NCBI GenBank assembly: GCA_039714775.1
Contig: JBDLIQ010000005.1
Span: 923-64,922, forward strand
Source of the DNA: Bacteroidota bacterium
GTDB lineage: Bacteria > Bacteroidota > Bacteroidia > Bacteroidales > GCA-2748055
DNA: 64,000 bases
Direction: 5' to 3'
Positions 21,201 to 29,945 of this stretch are shown piece by piece. The position numbers and the translations under genes were made by a program. Below the pieces are notes generated by a model. The model was not told where the DNA came from and made no database searches. It saw only the letters and a program-made list of their open reading frames with translations. Every line of letters begins with the position of its first letter. Positions within the stretch are counted from its first letter, which is position 1.

Positions 21201-21693
21201 AACTCTTAGCACCTTAACAATTGATGGCATTCCCGTTAACGGATTTACACCTGCTAAAACTGAGTACACTGTTGAGTTACCTTATGGAGAAATTAATGTT
21301 CCGTTTATTTGGGCTGAAGCCAACGATCAGAATGCAACAATTGATACGACACAAGCAATTTCATTACCTGGCGAAGCTACGCTTGTTGTTACTGCAGAAG
21401 ATGGAATTACAACTGTAACTTACACTGTCTATTTTACTATGGCTCCTAATAGTGATGCAACCTTAAGCAGTTTATCTACCAAGATTTATCCTAACCCGGT
21501 TAAGGATGTTTTGTTCATCGATGGTGGAAATTATGATATGCTCTTATTGTACACTATGACCGGACAAATGGTATTACGCAGAGATAATAATGCTACTAAT
21601 AAAGTTGATTTATCCGGTTTAAATAAGGGTGTGTATTTGTTAAAACTTATTAATGATGATACACAAATAAATTTCAACATAGTAAAACACTAG
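18268..21693 (+). CDS. Secreted multidomain T9SS cargo protein: BNR/sialidase-like propeller, ricin-B-type lectin repeats, cadherin-like beta-sandwich repeats and a T9SS C-terminal sorting domain
   Basis: Signal peptide. Asp-box motifs STNGGATWS, STDGGKTF, STDGGATWG and STDNGYSWS. QxW-type lectin motifs (NKQW, YQKW, NQQF, CKWK, YQKW). Four DATL(S/G)xL...G(F) repeats. C-terminal KIYPNPVKDVLFI...GVYLLKLINDDTQINFNIVKH. Confidence 0.85.
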   Translation: MLNKFFTLILLLTFTQVKAQLTWSEEINAPRGGYPRMTQMPNGTLLLGADRSEGIPLYKSTNGGATWSNTNEDGEMAVPLPNPENGNEQVGNAFPIAMPNGDILIAYRYVNWHNYQEDVPDDIDFHNIDIAQSTDGGKTFHYLNSVISDSNSPTGNNSEPNEGAPEPFLYNGPDGKLWCLYSIQYTLKPDGTRDHPLWLAMKKSTDGGATWGEQSYIIGPDSHPEMTDWHAGMGSIVQADNGELIAVIESGYQSGDHIAMGIKLVRTADPTGESGWGPIEYVYNATEDLKPTSYVYGAGAPYIAKLNDGTLVVSYQVGDFDNGQKMGYVTSTDNGYSWSKNNYVFDEYGSLWSSLFVDSSGTLYGLTSGMKIKKHYPDGEPVYNGEPFYMFSAASDKVLGTAEATPENGSLVKLFANDNTANKQWILNDEGDGFFSLSPAGAPSKSLSVDSSAALSQKLYVEDDNGGEYQKWYVIEELGNFKIVNKKTGYVVDIWGNEDADGTQAVLWEDLAGKNQQFYALLESGVQLNVFDGYEKQPGYKFFSKKDPNAFLQATDRNPHNGTNVNIGKEPDHTNYWINQNWIIHRIDADYFWFESEGTPNQCLNVDYPFDPDGTNIHMWDYNGGNNCKWKLYNNDNNSDGYYSFINKRSDYVINAQGTDNGDNVFQTDYTGSDYQKWTPFPSQPYYPSDPLLGNLHPDRISLNQGAITVAGGDQTVESTTMLEVTSLKDAIGGGQLSYAWQLSYNNGDWTDIPEETETSYSFKAPTAGGIYQIHRTAIDQYYKISTNTITITVISNDATLSDLTVGGTTVTGFDSAVTIYDVVLPFGSTAIPPVLGTPNDNGANAVETTTATLPLPSTTVITVTAENGTVLTHTVNFTEADENANNDATLGDLMVNGESVAGFSADIFVYNIELVYGTTFDSVQVSAIAADANALSVDVTQVAELPGDASVTVKAEDAVSTQTYIIHFTVTAPSTDATLSTLTIDGIPVNGFTPAKTEYTVELPYGEINVPFIWAEANDQNATIDTTQAISLPGEATLVVTAEDGITTVTYTVYFTMAPNSDATLSSLSTKIYPNPVKDVLFIDGGNYDMLLLYTMTGQMVLRRDNNATNKVDLSGLNKGVYLLKLINDDTQINFNIVKH

Positions 21694-21762
21694 TGTAATA
21701 CATATTTAGCCCAACCTGACAAAAACTTAAATGTATATGTAAAGCATTGTCCTCCAGGTCTA

Positions 21763-22293
21763 TTAGAACTCAAATTCAGATTTTAACAAGGAGATCCATT
21801 TTTCTAATCTTTTAGTAGTTAGTTCCGCTTCATTATCTTCATCAATAGGTAAACCACAGAAAAAACCGTCATCATTTACCGCTTCAGAATCTGTGAAATC
21901 ATAATCTTTTGCATCAACAGAACCCAATACCTCACCATTTTGCTGTATGATTTTTTCATAAAGAACTGCCATTCCGTCCGCAAAGTGTTCAGGATATAAA
22001 ACACTGTTTCCCAGTCCGACAATAGCAACCTTTTTTTCCTCAAAACTAATTTCCGAAATCTTCGTGAAAAACGCTGTCCACTCATCTACAATAGTTTCGT
22101 TGTCCCAATTATCTGCTCCAACAGTAGAACCAACAAGAATGATCTTATTGTAATTGTATAAATCTTCTTTTCCAACATCTTTGACGGGAACTAAATCAAC
22201 TTTGTCATTTCCGATCATTGCTCCTAGCTCAATGGCTACGCTATTTACACTTCCGCCTTGCGGGCTGTAAAGTATTGCTGTCTTGCTCATCAT
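21763..22293 (-). CDS. Flavodoxin
   Basis: KTAILYSPQGGSVNSVA...IILVGSTVGADNW...VAIVGLGNS matches a flavodoxin fold. I prefer the start at MMSK (22293) over the track's 22341. Confidence 0.8.
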   Translation of the reverse strand: MMSKTAILYSPQGGSVNSVAIELGAMIGNDKVDLVPVKDVGKEDLYNYNKIILVGSTVGADNWDNETIVDEWTAFFTKISEISFEEKKVAIVGLGNSVLYPEHFADGMAVLYEKIIQQNGEVLGSVDAKDYDFTDSEAVNDDGFFCGLPIDEDNEAELTTKRLEKWISLLKSEFEF

Positions 22294-22418
22294 GTCTGAA
22301 TTTAACGAATAACTAAAGAAATTGTTGATTTTGAAGTTCAATAAGTATATTTTTTGAACATGATATTTTTATTGAAAATTATTTCTGCAATTTAGAATAC
22401 TGGTAAACACCCATTTCG

Positions 22419-25400
22419 CTATAACGGCAGAGGCCCCCAGGCGCCACCTCCGGGAGTTTCAACAACCAGCAGATCTCCGGGATTGATTGTGGTGGAACTA
22501 ACAGATTCCAGAACTGTATCTTGCCCGTTTGCGCTTATTACCTTCTGCTTTCCAGGTTTGCCTTCTTCTCCTCCAGCCATTCCATAAGGACCACTGTTTC
22601 GTCGTTGGGTGAGCAGTGAGAGTTCCACCTTTTCGAGAAAAAGAATCTCGCGGATCACTCCATTCCCACCATTGTGCTGGCCTTTTCCTCCTGAGTTCAA
22701 CCGGATCTCAAATTTTTTTAAGCGTACCGGGTAGCGGTACTCCATGATCTCGGGATCGGTGATCCGGGTGTTGGTCATGTGGTGATGTACAGCATCAGCC
22801 CCCTCGAAATCAGGTCCGGCACCACAACCCCCGCAAATGGTTTCATAGTAGCCGAAGCTGTCATTTCCAAACAGGATGTTGTTCATGGTGCCCTGACTGG
22901 CGGCTTGTAGTTTAAGGGCTTTTAGCAGGGTGTCTGTGAGGCGCTGACTCACCTCAACATTACCTCCTACCAGTGCCGGACATTGAAATGGATCCTCCGG
23001 AAATGGTGGATTGAGCAAGCCCTCAGGCAAAATTACCTCTATGGGTTCCAGCAACCCATCATTCAGGGGGATATCCTCTTTCAACAACAACCTGAGAACA
23101 TACATGATTACAGAATGTACGATGGCCGGGGTTGCATTGAGGTTACCGGGATGTACCTCTCCTGTTCCGCTAAAATCAATTTGTAAGCCACCCTCCTTAC
23201 GAATGAGTTTGACCTCCAGGGGGGTACCATCATCAAGGGTTTCGAGGGCAGATCCCTCCTGTATCGGATAGTTGTGAATGGCTTCAATGGTTTTTCGCCT
23301 GGCATGCTCTTTCAGGAGCATCATGAATTTAGCGAGCTTTTCAGTACCATGGTTTTCAGCGAGAACAAGCAGTTCACTGGCTCCTCTTTTATTGGCTGCC
23401 AGTGCACCGTTGAGGTCGGCCAGGTTTTCAGCAATGGCACGTGTGGGGAATGCGCTCCCGGTCAGGATCTCCTCCATACCTTTCCAGTCTACCCTCCCTC
23501 CTTTTACCAGGTAAAATGGCTCAATTACCACACCCTCTTCAGCCAGCGACCGTGCTCCGGGGGGCATTGAGCCCGGACTGATGCCCCCAATCTCGGCATG
23601 GTGGGCCCGGTTGACAACAAATCCAATTCTTTCGCCTCCTTGTGTGTATACCGGGCTAACCAGTGTGATGTCAGGGAGATGTGAACCCCCGTATGCCGGA
23701 TGGTTGGTGACCAGGGTGTCTCCAACCTCTAAATCGTAATGGCGCAGCAGGCTTCGTACACATATGCCCAGACTACCAAGATGCACCGGAATATGAGGGG
23801 CATTGGCTACAAGGTAGCCATTGGCATCAATTACGGCACATGAAAAATCGAGGCGCTCTTTCACATTCACCGATACAGAGGTGTGTTGTAACATGGCACC
23901 CATATTTTCAGCGATGCTCATGAAACGGCGCGAGAATAGCTCAAGTTCAGCCTCCTGTGTCATCTCTTCATCCCGGCTGTTGGTTGATTTCTCCTCATCA
24001 GTAAGTACCAGGGTTCCCTGTTCATTCATCTGGCAGCTCCACCCCTTCTCCAGGAAGGTGGTACTGTATGGATCCAGAATAATTGCAGGACCGAAGAGCT
24101 GGTGTCCGGGGTTAATCTGTTCCCGACTGAACACCGGAGTTCCCTGGTCATTTTGACTGACCGGAATGACCTCACCTCTACCCGGTTTCATTCCGGAAGT
24201 CCGGGATGCTCTCTTCACCACTGAAGCCACTACCCTTACTGATTCGATCTCTATAATCCGGTCATCACTCCAATGACCATAAATGGCCATATAGGCCGAC
24301 CGGAAATCTGTGAGGATCTGCTCCGGCGAGCTCCAGCTCACTTCAATGGTAGATTCCTGGCCCATGAAGCGCAAGAATGCAAGTCGACTGCGAATGATGA
24401 CATCTTTTCCTGCGACGCCTTCAGTAAGGAGCTTTCCAAGCGCCTCTTCTTCAAGATCCGGGAGGAGATCAGCTATCTTATAAGCCTGGTTGAGAGGCTT
24501 AAGAACCTGTTTCTCTGCAAAACGTTCGATCAGAGCTTCTCCAATGCCATATGCACTGAGTAATCCGGCATTTTCGGGGATCAGCACTTTGTTGACATTG
24601 AGTAATCCGGCTATGCTACAGGCGTGCATGCCGCCGGCCCCCCCAAAAGCCACAATGGCGTACTCGCTGGGATTGTATCCTTTACCGGTGGAGATTTTTT
24701 TTATGGCACCGGCCATGGTTTCGTTGGCTATCCTGAGAAAACCGTTGAGCAGGTCGTTCTCACCAGGCCTGGTACCTGACCGTTCTGCTATCTGATCCTC
24801 TATTTCCTTGAGTTTCGCCCGTGCAGCCTCAGGGTATACCGGGATATTGAATTGTCCGGGATCCATTCGTCCGCTTAACAGATTCACATCGGTGATGCTC
24901 AGAGGTCCGCCTGCACCATAGCAAGCCGGTCCGGGCATGGCCCCCGCACTTTCAGGACCAACCACCAATTTATAGCCATCATAGCCACACACCGATCCTC
25001 CTCCTGCGGCCACCGTTTCAATGGTGAGGGCCGGAGTGTGAATATTCGCTGATCCCACTTTTAGTTCAAAGCAATACTCCAACTCTTTGTTGTAACGGGA
25101 CACATCTGTGCTGGTACCGCCCATATCGAAACTGATCATCTTATGGAATCCAGCCTCAACACCCATTGCAACCGCTCCCACTACCCCACCCGCCGGTCCG
25201 CTCAGAAGACTGTCTTTGGGCATGAAATGATCAGCTTTCACCACTCCCCCGGCGCTTGTCATTACCCAAAAACGATTTCCATGTACCTTATCACTAATCT
25301 GCCTGATATAACGATCAATGATGGGTGACAAATATGCATTAACCTCAGTGGTATGCATACGAAGCAGGTATTTTATCAATCCCGACAGCTGGTATGATGC

Positions 25401-26174
25401 CGATATATATTGTAATCCCTCCTCGATAATGATGCTTTGAACCAACTCCTCATGGGCACTGTTTATCCATGAGTGCATGAGCGCGACACCAACTGTGGTA
25501 ATACCCGCTTGCTGTATGGTTCTTATAGCCTCTCTAATGGAGTGCTGGTCAGGGATTTGTAATACCTTACCCGTGGCATCCACCCTTTCATCCACTTCGA
25601 TAATGAGCTCAGCCAATGGCTTTGGCTTAATTACCCCCCGAGCAAAAATATCCGGGCGTTGCTGATTGCCAATAGCCAGTAGATCCTTAAATCCTTTCGT
25701 GACCAGCATGGCAGTGCGGGCTCCTTTGTATTCAAGCAGTGCATTGGTTCCCTTAGTGGATCCCAGACGAATTTCCATTTCAGGAAATGGCCGATCCAGT
25801 GGCGTTTCAGTGATTAGTCTGGCACATAGTACCGGGGCCTCTTCATATGCGGTGATCTCAAAAAGCTGGCGCCCTGCTTCCAGATGATCCGGAAGCCCCG
25901 ACTCAAGTAACATCCGGTTGCTGAGTGGATTGAATTGTTTTACTATGACCGGCTTATGATCGGTTTCCAGGAACCGGAAGCTATATCCGGTAAAAAGGTC
26001 GGTGGTGACTCCCCAGTTCGATGATATTTCGATCTCTGAGGAAGAGATCACACGGGTAATATTTGCACGCAGAGAGGAGTTGGAGAGCACTTTGCGACGG
26101 ATAAGTTTGCCCCCGGGTGTAGTTGCGATGCAATCGGTAAAGGTGCCGCCGGTGTCGATATTGAGTGTATACAT
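22419..26174 (-). CDS. Fused hydantoinase A/B family protein, 5-oxoprolinase (ATP-hydrolysing)-like
   Basis: 1251 aa. N-terminus YTLNIDTGGTFTDCIA (HyuA-type) and a C-terminal HyuB-type half, the same fusion seen in eukaryote-type OPLAH. Confidence 0.88.
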   Translation of the reverse strand: MYTLNIDTGGTFTDCIATTPGGKLIRRKVLSNSSLRANITRVISSSEIEISSNWGVTTDLFTGYSFRFLETDHKPVIVKQFNPLSNRMLLESGLPDHLEAGRQLFEITAYEEAPVLCARLITETPLDRPFPEMEIRLGSTKGTNALLEYKGARTAMLVTKGFKDLLAIGNQQRPDIFARGVIKPKPLAELIIEVDERVDATGKVLQIPDQHSIREAIRTIQQAGITTVGVALMHSWINSAHEELVQSIIIEEGLQYISASYQLSGLIKYLLRMHTTEVNAYLSPIIDRYIRQISDKVHGNRFWVMTSAGGVVKADHFMPKDSLLSGPAGGVVGAVAMGVEAGFHKMISFDMGGTSTDVSRYNKELEYCFELKVGSANIHTPALTIETVAAGGGSVCGYDGYKLVVGPESAGAMPGPACYGAGGPLSITDVNLLSGRMDPGQFNIPVYPEAARAKLKEIEDQIAERSGTRPGENDLLNGFLRIANETMAGAIKKISTGKGYNPSEYAIVAFGGAGGMHACSIAGLLNVNKVLIPENAGLLSAYGIGEALIERFAEKQVLKPLNQAYKIADLLPDLEEEALGKLLTEGVAGKDVIIRSRLAFLRFMGQESTIEVSWSSPEQILTDFRSAYMAIYGHWSDDRIIEIESVRVVASVVKRASRTSGMKPGRGEVIPVSQNDQGTPVFSREQINPGHQLFGPAIILDPYSTTFLEKGWSCQMNEQGTLVLTDEEKSTNSRDEEMTQEAELELFSRRFMSIAENMGAMLQHTSVSVNVKERLDFSCAVIDANGYLVANAPHIPVHLGSLGICVRSLLRHYDLEVGDTLVTNHPAYGGSHLPDITLVSPVYTQGGERIGFVVNRAHHAEIGGISPGSMPPGARSLAEEGVVIEPFYLVKGGRVDWKGMEEILTGSAFPTRAIAENLADLNGALAANKRGASELLVLAENHGTEKLAKFMMLLKEHARRKTIEAIHNYPIQEGSALETLDDGTPLEVKLIRKEGGLQIDFSGTGEVHPGNLNATPAIVHSVIMYVLRLLLKEDIPLNDGLLEPIEVILPEGLLNPPFPEDPFQCPALVGGNVEVSQRLTDTLLKALKLQAASQGTMNNILFGNDSFGYYETICGGCGAGPDFEGADAVHHHMTNTRITDPEIMEYRYPVRLKKFEIRLNSGGKGQHNGGNGVIREILFLEKVELSLLTQRRNSGPYGMAGGEEGKPGKQKVISANGQDTVLESVSSTTINPGDLLVVETPGGGAWGPLPL

Positions 26175-26195
26175 AAAACCCTTCAGATTATCTGA

Positions 26196-27431
26196 TCAAA
26201 TGATTCCAAAAACAGAGCCTATACTTCTGAGTCCCAGAAAGAGTGTAACCAAAACCACAAGGCCTGCAATGACATTCAATGCCAGCCGGTTACGATGCTC
26301 TCCCAGTAGTTTTTTATCATTCATCACCCAGAGAAGGTAGATGGCGATAATGGGTAGCAATATACCATTTGCAGCCTGGGCAAAAACAATTACCGGCACA
26401 GGTTTTAACCCCATGGCCGATAATAGGATGCCGATAGCCAGAATCACCATCCATATGGTCCTGAATCGTTTCGATTTAAGATCTTTTTTCCAGCCCAGTA
26501 TACCACAGGTCGCATAGGCCGCGGCCAGTGGAGCTGTTATCGCTGAGGTTAATCCGGCAGCAAACAAACCTATACCGATAAATCCGGTGGCCCAATTGCC
26601 CAGAATTGGTTCAAGTTGAATGGCCAGATCGGCAGCATTCTGAATATCTTTTCCAGCACCGAAAAATGCCGCAGCAGATGTAATCACGATAGAGATAGAT
26701 ACCAGGCCGCCCAGCAGAATAGAGATCCAGATATCAAGCCGTGCTGCTTTCAGATCCTCTTTGCCTTTCCATTTCTCCTGAACCAGTGCAGCATGCAGGA
26801 AAAGGTTATATGGTACGACCGTTGTACCTACCAATCCGGCTACTGTAAGAGCTGCTCCCCTGGGTATTTGCGGAACAAATAATCCTTTCACAATCTCGCC
26901 AGGCTGAGGTGCCAGAAACGCCATGGTAGCAAGAAAAACGATACTCATCAGAATGACCAGGGCGATTAATATTTTCTCAAGTTTTTTGTAGCTTCCCAAA
27001 AACAATAATAGAAAGGCAATGATTCCGATCACAGGCCCCCAAATTCTGAGACTGAATTCGCCGGAGTTATATATATAGATCTCTCCAAACAGCGCCTCCA
27101 GTCCAAGTGCTCCACCCAGAATATTTCCGGTCTCATAAGCTGCATTTCCAATGCCAATGGCTGAAAGAATCAGTATTACAGATAGCACACGTTGGAGACC
27201 CCTGTGAAACTGGGCATTCAGTGCCTCACCCAGCCCTTTTCCGGTTACAATTCCCAACCGTGCTGCCATCTCCTGCAGCACGATGGTGGCGATCACAGAG
27301 AAGAGCAGCGCCCATAGAAGGGCGTATCCGTACCCAGCGCCGGCAAGGGTACAGGTAGTTATTGTACCCGGACCTATGAACGCTGCTGATACAAGGGCGG
27401 CAGGGCCAATGGAGAGGAGCCTGGACTTCAT
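26196..27431 (-). CDS. Nramp family transporter
   Basis: About 11 TM segments. FIGPGTITTCTLAGAGYGYALLWALLFS...QEMAARLGIVTGKGL is the Nramp signature. It sits 21 nt upstream of the oxoprolinase gene. Confidence 0.85.
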   Translation of the reverse strand: MKSRLLSIGPAALVSAAFIGPGTITTCTLAGAGYGYALLWALLFSVIATIVLQEMAARLGIVTGKGLGEALNAQFHRGLQRVLSVILILSAIGIGNAAYETGNILGGALGLEALFGEIYIYNSGEFSLRIWGPVIGIIAFLLLFLGSYKKLEKILIALVILMSIVFLATMAFLAPQPGEIVKGLFVPQIPRGAALTVAGLVGTTVVPYNLFLHAALVQEKWKGKEDLKAARLDIWISILLGGLVSISIVITSAAAFFGAGKDIQNAADLAIQLEPILGNWATGFIGIGLFAAGLTSAITAPLAAAYATCGILGWKKDLKSKRFRTIWMVILAIGILLSAMGLKPVPVIVFAQAANGILLPIIAIYLLWVMNDKKLLGEHRNRLALNVIAGLVVLVTLFLGLRSIGSVFGII

Positions 27432-27507
27432 TGTGATTTTGATGCTTTCGGTAAAGATAGCAGACTTCCTGAATCAGGAAAAATATACCACGCATCCAAT
27501 CAATCTT

Positions 27508-29718
27508 CTATCTGGACAACTCGCCGATCAGCCGGTATAACTCATTAATCTGCTCCTGTTGCTTCCCGATCTTTTCTGCCTGGGCCTGGTTTTCGAGGAT
27601 CAGCTCCTGTACCGCCTTAATGGAGTAGATCTGCGCATTGTATGAATCCATCTGCAGGATCTCATCCTGTGCCGATTCCAGGAGCTCTCCGCTGGATTGG
27701 ACCGATTCGGGAAATACCTCCTGGTACTCCTGGGCAACGAAATTGTAGTAGTATTTATCCTTCACTCCCGGATGGGCGGCTTTGTACTCATCGGTATATT
27801 TAAACTTCACAGGCCTGAGCTGAAGCATCACCTCAAATGCATCTTCAAGCTCGCTGATCTCACGTTTGATCCTGGCATCAGAGTTTGCCAGCCAGTCACC
27901 CGCTTCCGTTTTGGATGCCGACCCCTCCACCTCCAGCCTGTTGGCCAGCGGTTCCCTCCAGATCCCCACACGGCCTGTAAATTTCACATACTGGGGATTA
28001 TCAAATCTACCGTAAATCAATGCATTTTCAGGGGCTACCCCGCCGGAATTGTGAATGACAAGTGTATTTGAGATGGAGTCCGTGAAGAACCCTCCCGCTC
28101 CGTTTCCAATGAAGATATTATGGCTCCCCAGGTTGTTGTGCCCTGCTCTTGATCCCAGGTAGACATTTTCATAACCGTTGCTCTTGTACCCACTTTCAAA
28201 TCCCAGGAATACATTATAAAAACCATCCTTATGACTGTAACCGCTGTGATGACCCATAAATGTATTTTGATAACCCGTAGTGTTTACATATCCGGACTGA
28301 TCCCCGATAAATACATTTCTGGCACCCGAGGTGTTGGAACCACCTGCAGTGGTGCCGATAAATATGTTGTAAAATCCATCGGTGTTTGAAAAACCCGCAT
28401 ACTCTCCGAAAAAGAGGTTTGATGATCCGATCCTGTTTTCTGTACCAGACATGAATCCAATGAAGATATTCCGGTTACCAATGGTGTTTGCAAAACCTGC
28501 GCCGGGACCGATAAACATGTTTGAACTTCCATTGGTATTCTGCCTTCCTGCGTGGTATCCGATAAACATGTTGGACTGGCCGGTTGTATTGAGTGTTCCT
28601 GCCCTGTAGCCTAGAAACATATTGAAGTTTCCCGTTGTGTTAAAGTACCCGGCTTCAAATCCCAGGAAAAGATTATTTTGTCCGGTTATGTTGGCATGCC
28701 CGGCCCTGTAGCCCATGAAAATATTTTCGAATCCAAGGGTATTGTTGTATCCGGCCTGGTAACCAATGAATGTGTTCTTGTTTCCTGTGGTGTTCTTCAT
28801 CCCACTCTGGTAACCTATGAAAATATTTTCATCTCCTTCAGTATTGGCAGCGCCGGCCTGGTAACCAAGTGTGGAGTTATAGAGCCCCAATGTATTGTTC
28901 AATCCGCCTTCATGGCCAATGAAATAGTTTTCGGGTGTTAAATACATGAAATTGGTGGTTGCTCCCTTCTTATCGTTACTGTATCCCCCAACTGCAAATC
29001 CGCCCTTCTTACCTTTGGTTGGATTATCATTGACAATTACTTCAGTCCCATCGTTGTAAACAGCAAAAACGGTCTGTCCATCCGATTTTTTCACTTCGAA
29101 CAGCGGCTCTTCAGGGGCCTCTGTACCATCTCCCATTACAACCAGTTTGCCTGTAGGTGATTTGGTGCCTATACCCACATGCTGATCAACAATGTAAACC
29201 GAATCGCCCGATTGCAGCCATTGGCTATCTCCACTCTGAGCAAGGTTTATGGGAGTTGCATTGGGGTTGCCGGTGATGGTGAGTACGTTGTCCTGTAGGT
29301 TCAGATCCTGAATCTCATTCAGAGGATCGGCATCATCATCTGCATTGTTAGCTACTTCGTTGGCATACAGCGCAAACGGCACAGCTACTATCTCTGTGGC
29401 TCCCAATGGATTGCCATTCACGGAAGCTTCAAGAAAAAAAGGTCCCTCCGCTGGATTCATATTGAGGGTCACCTGTTCGCCAACCACAATATTAATCAGG
29501 CCAAACTCATTGGTGACAGGCGTGTAGAATTCCTCGAATAGCAACTCCCCCCCTATCGTCTCCTTATAAATTCGCAATGAGAGGTTGACCGACTCATTAC
29601 TTATCACAGTACCATCAGCATTTCTTACCACAGCCTGGTAATTAAATTTTTGAGGTACCTGTCCAATGCAGACAACCAGAAACATCATTAAAACAGTTGA
29701 CAGAGATAGCTTTTTCAT
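27508..29718 (-). CDS. Secreted tail-fibre-like protein with a 15-aa beta-helix-type repeat array and a C-terminal S74 intramolecular chaperone domain
   Basis: Signal peptide. About 18 repeats of the form NxFxGxxAGxxNTxG (aa ~263-550, nt ~28080-28930). C-terminal SDARIKREISELEDAFEVMLQLRPVKFKY...coiled coil, as in endosialidase/tail-spike auto-chaperone domains. Confidence 0.8.
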   Translation of the reverse strand: MKKLSLSTVLMMFLVVCIGQVPQKFNYQAVVRNADGTVISNESVNLSLRIYKETIGGELLFEEFYTPVTNEFGLINIVVGEQVTLNMNPAEGPFFLEASVNGNPLGATEIVAVPFALYANEVANNADDDADPLNEIQDLNLQDNVLTITGNPNATPINLAQSGDSQWLQSGDSVYIVDQHVGIGTKSPTGKLVVMGDGTEAPEEPLFEVKKSDGQTVFAVYNDGTEVIVNDNPTKGKKGGFAVGGYSNDKKGATTNFMYLTPENYFIGHEGGLNNTLGLYNSTLGYQAGAANTEGDENIFIGYQSGMKNTTGNKNTFIGYQAGYNNTLGFENIFMGYRAGHANITGQNNLFLGFEAGYFNTTGNFNMFLGYRAGTLNTTGQSNMFIGYHAGRQNTNGSSNMFIGPGAGFANTIGNRNIFIGFMSGTENRIGSSNLFFGEYAGFSNTDGFYNIFIGTTAGGSNTSGARNVFIGDQSGYVNTTGYQNTFMGHHSGYSHKDGFYNVFLGFESGYKSNGYENVYLGSRAGHNNLGSHNIFIGNGAGGFFTDSISNTLVIHNSGGVAPENALIYGRFDNPQYVKFTGRVGIWREPLANRLEVEGSASKTEAGDWLANSDARIKREISELEDAFEVMLQLRPVKFKYTDEYKAAHPGVKDKYYYNFVAQEYQEVFPESVQSSGELLESAQDEILQMDSYNAQIYSIKAVQELILENQAQAEKIGKQQEQINELYRLIGELSR

Positions 29719-29945
29719 ATTACTTGGATTGGTTTATATACAGGCATATACATTTTACATGTAAATACTTTAACCTATATATAACTTTAAACCCGGGGAA
29801 AAGTTTAATTCCACGAAGTGTGGGTAGATGGATTAATACTGAATGTCGGTGGTTTTTAAGAGATGTTCAATAACGCCCCATCAGTGATTCATAGGAAATA
29901 TTCAGCTTCTCATGCAGCTGTCGGATCATCTCCAGGTACTGTGCC

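Noticed and set aside
27508-29718. The tail-fibre-like gene as evidence of a prophage.
   Set aside because: There are no capsid, portal, terminase, tail tube, integrase or lysis genes within 10 kb on either side. The neighbours are metabolic or housekeeping genes.
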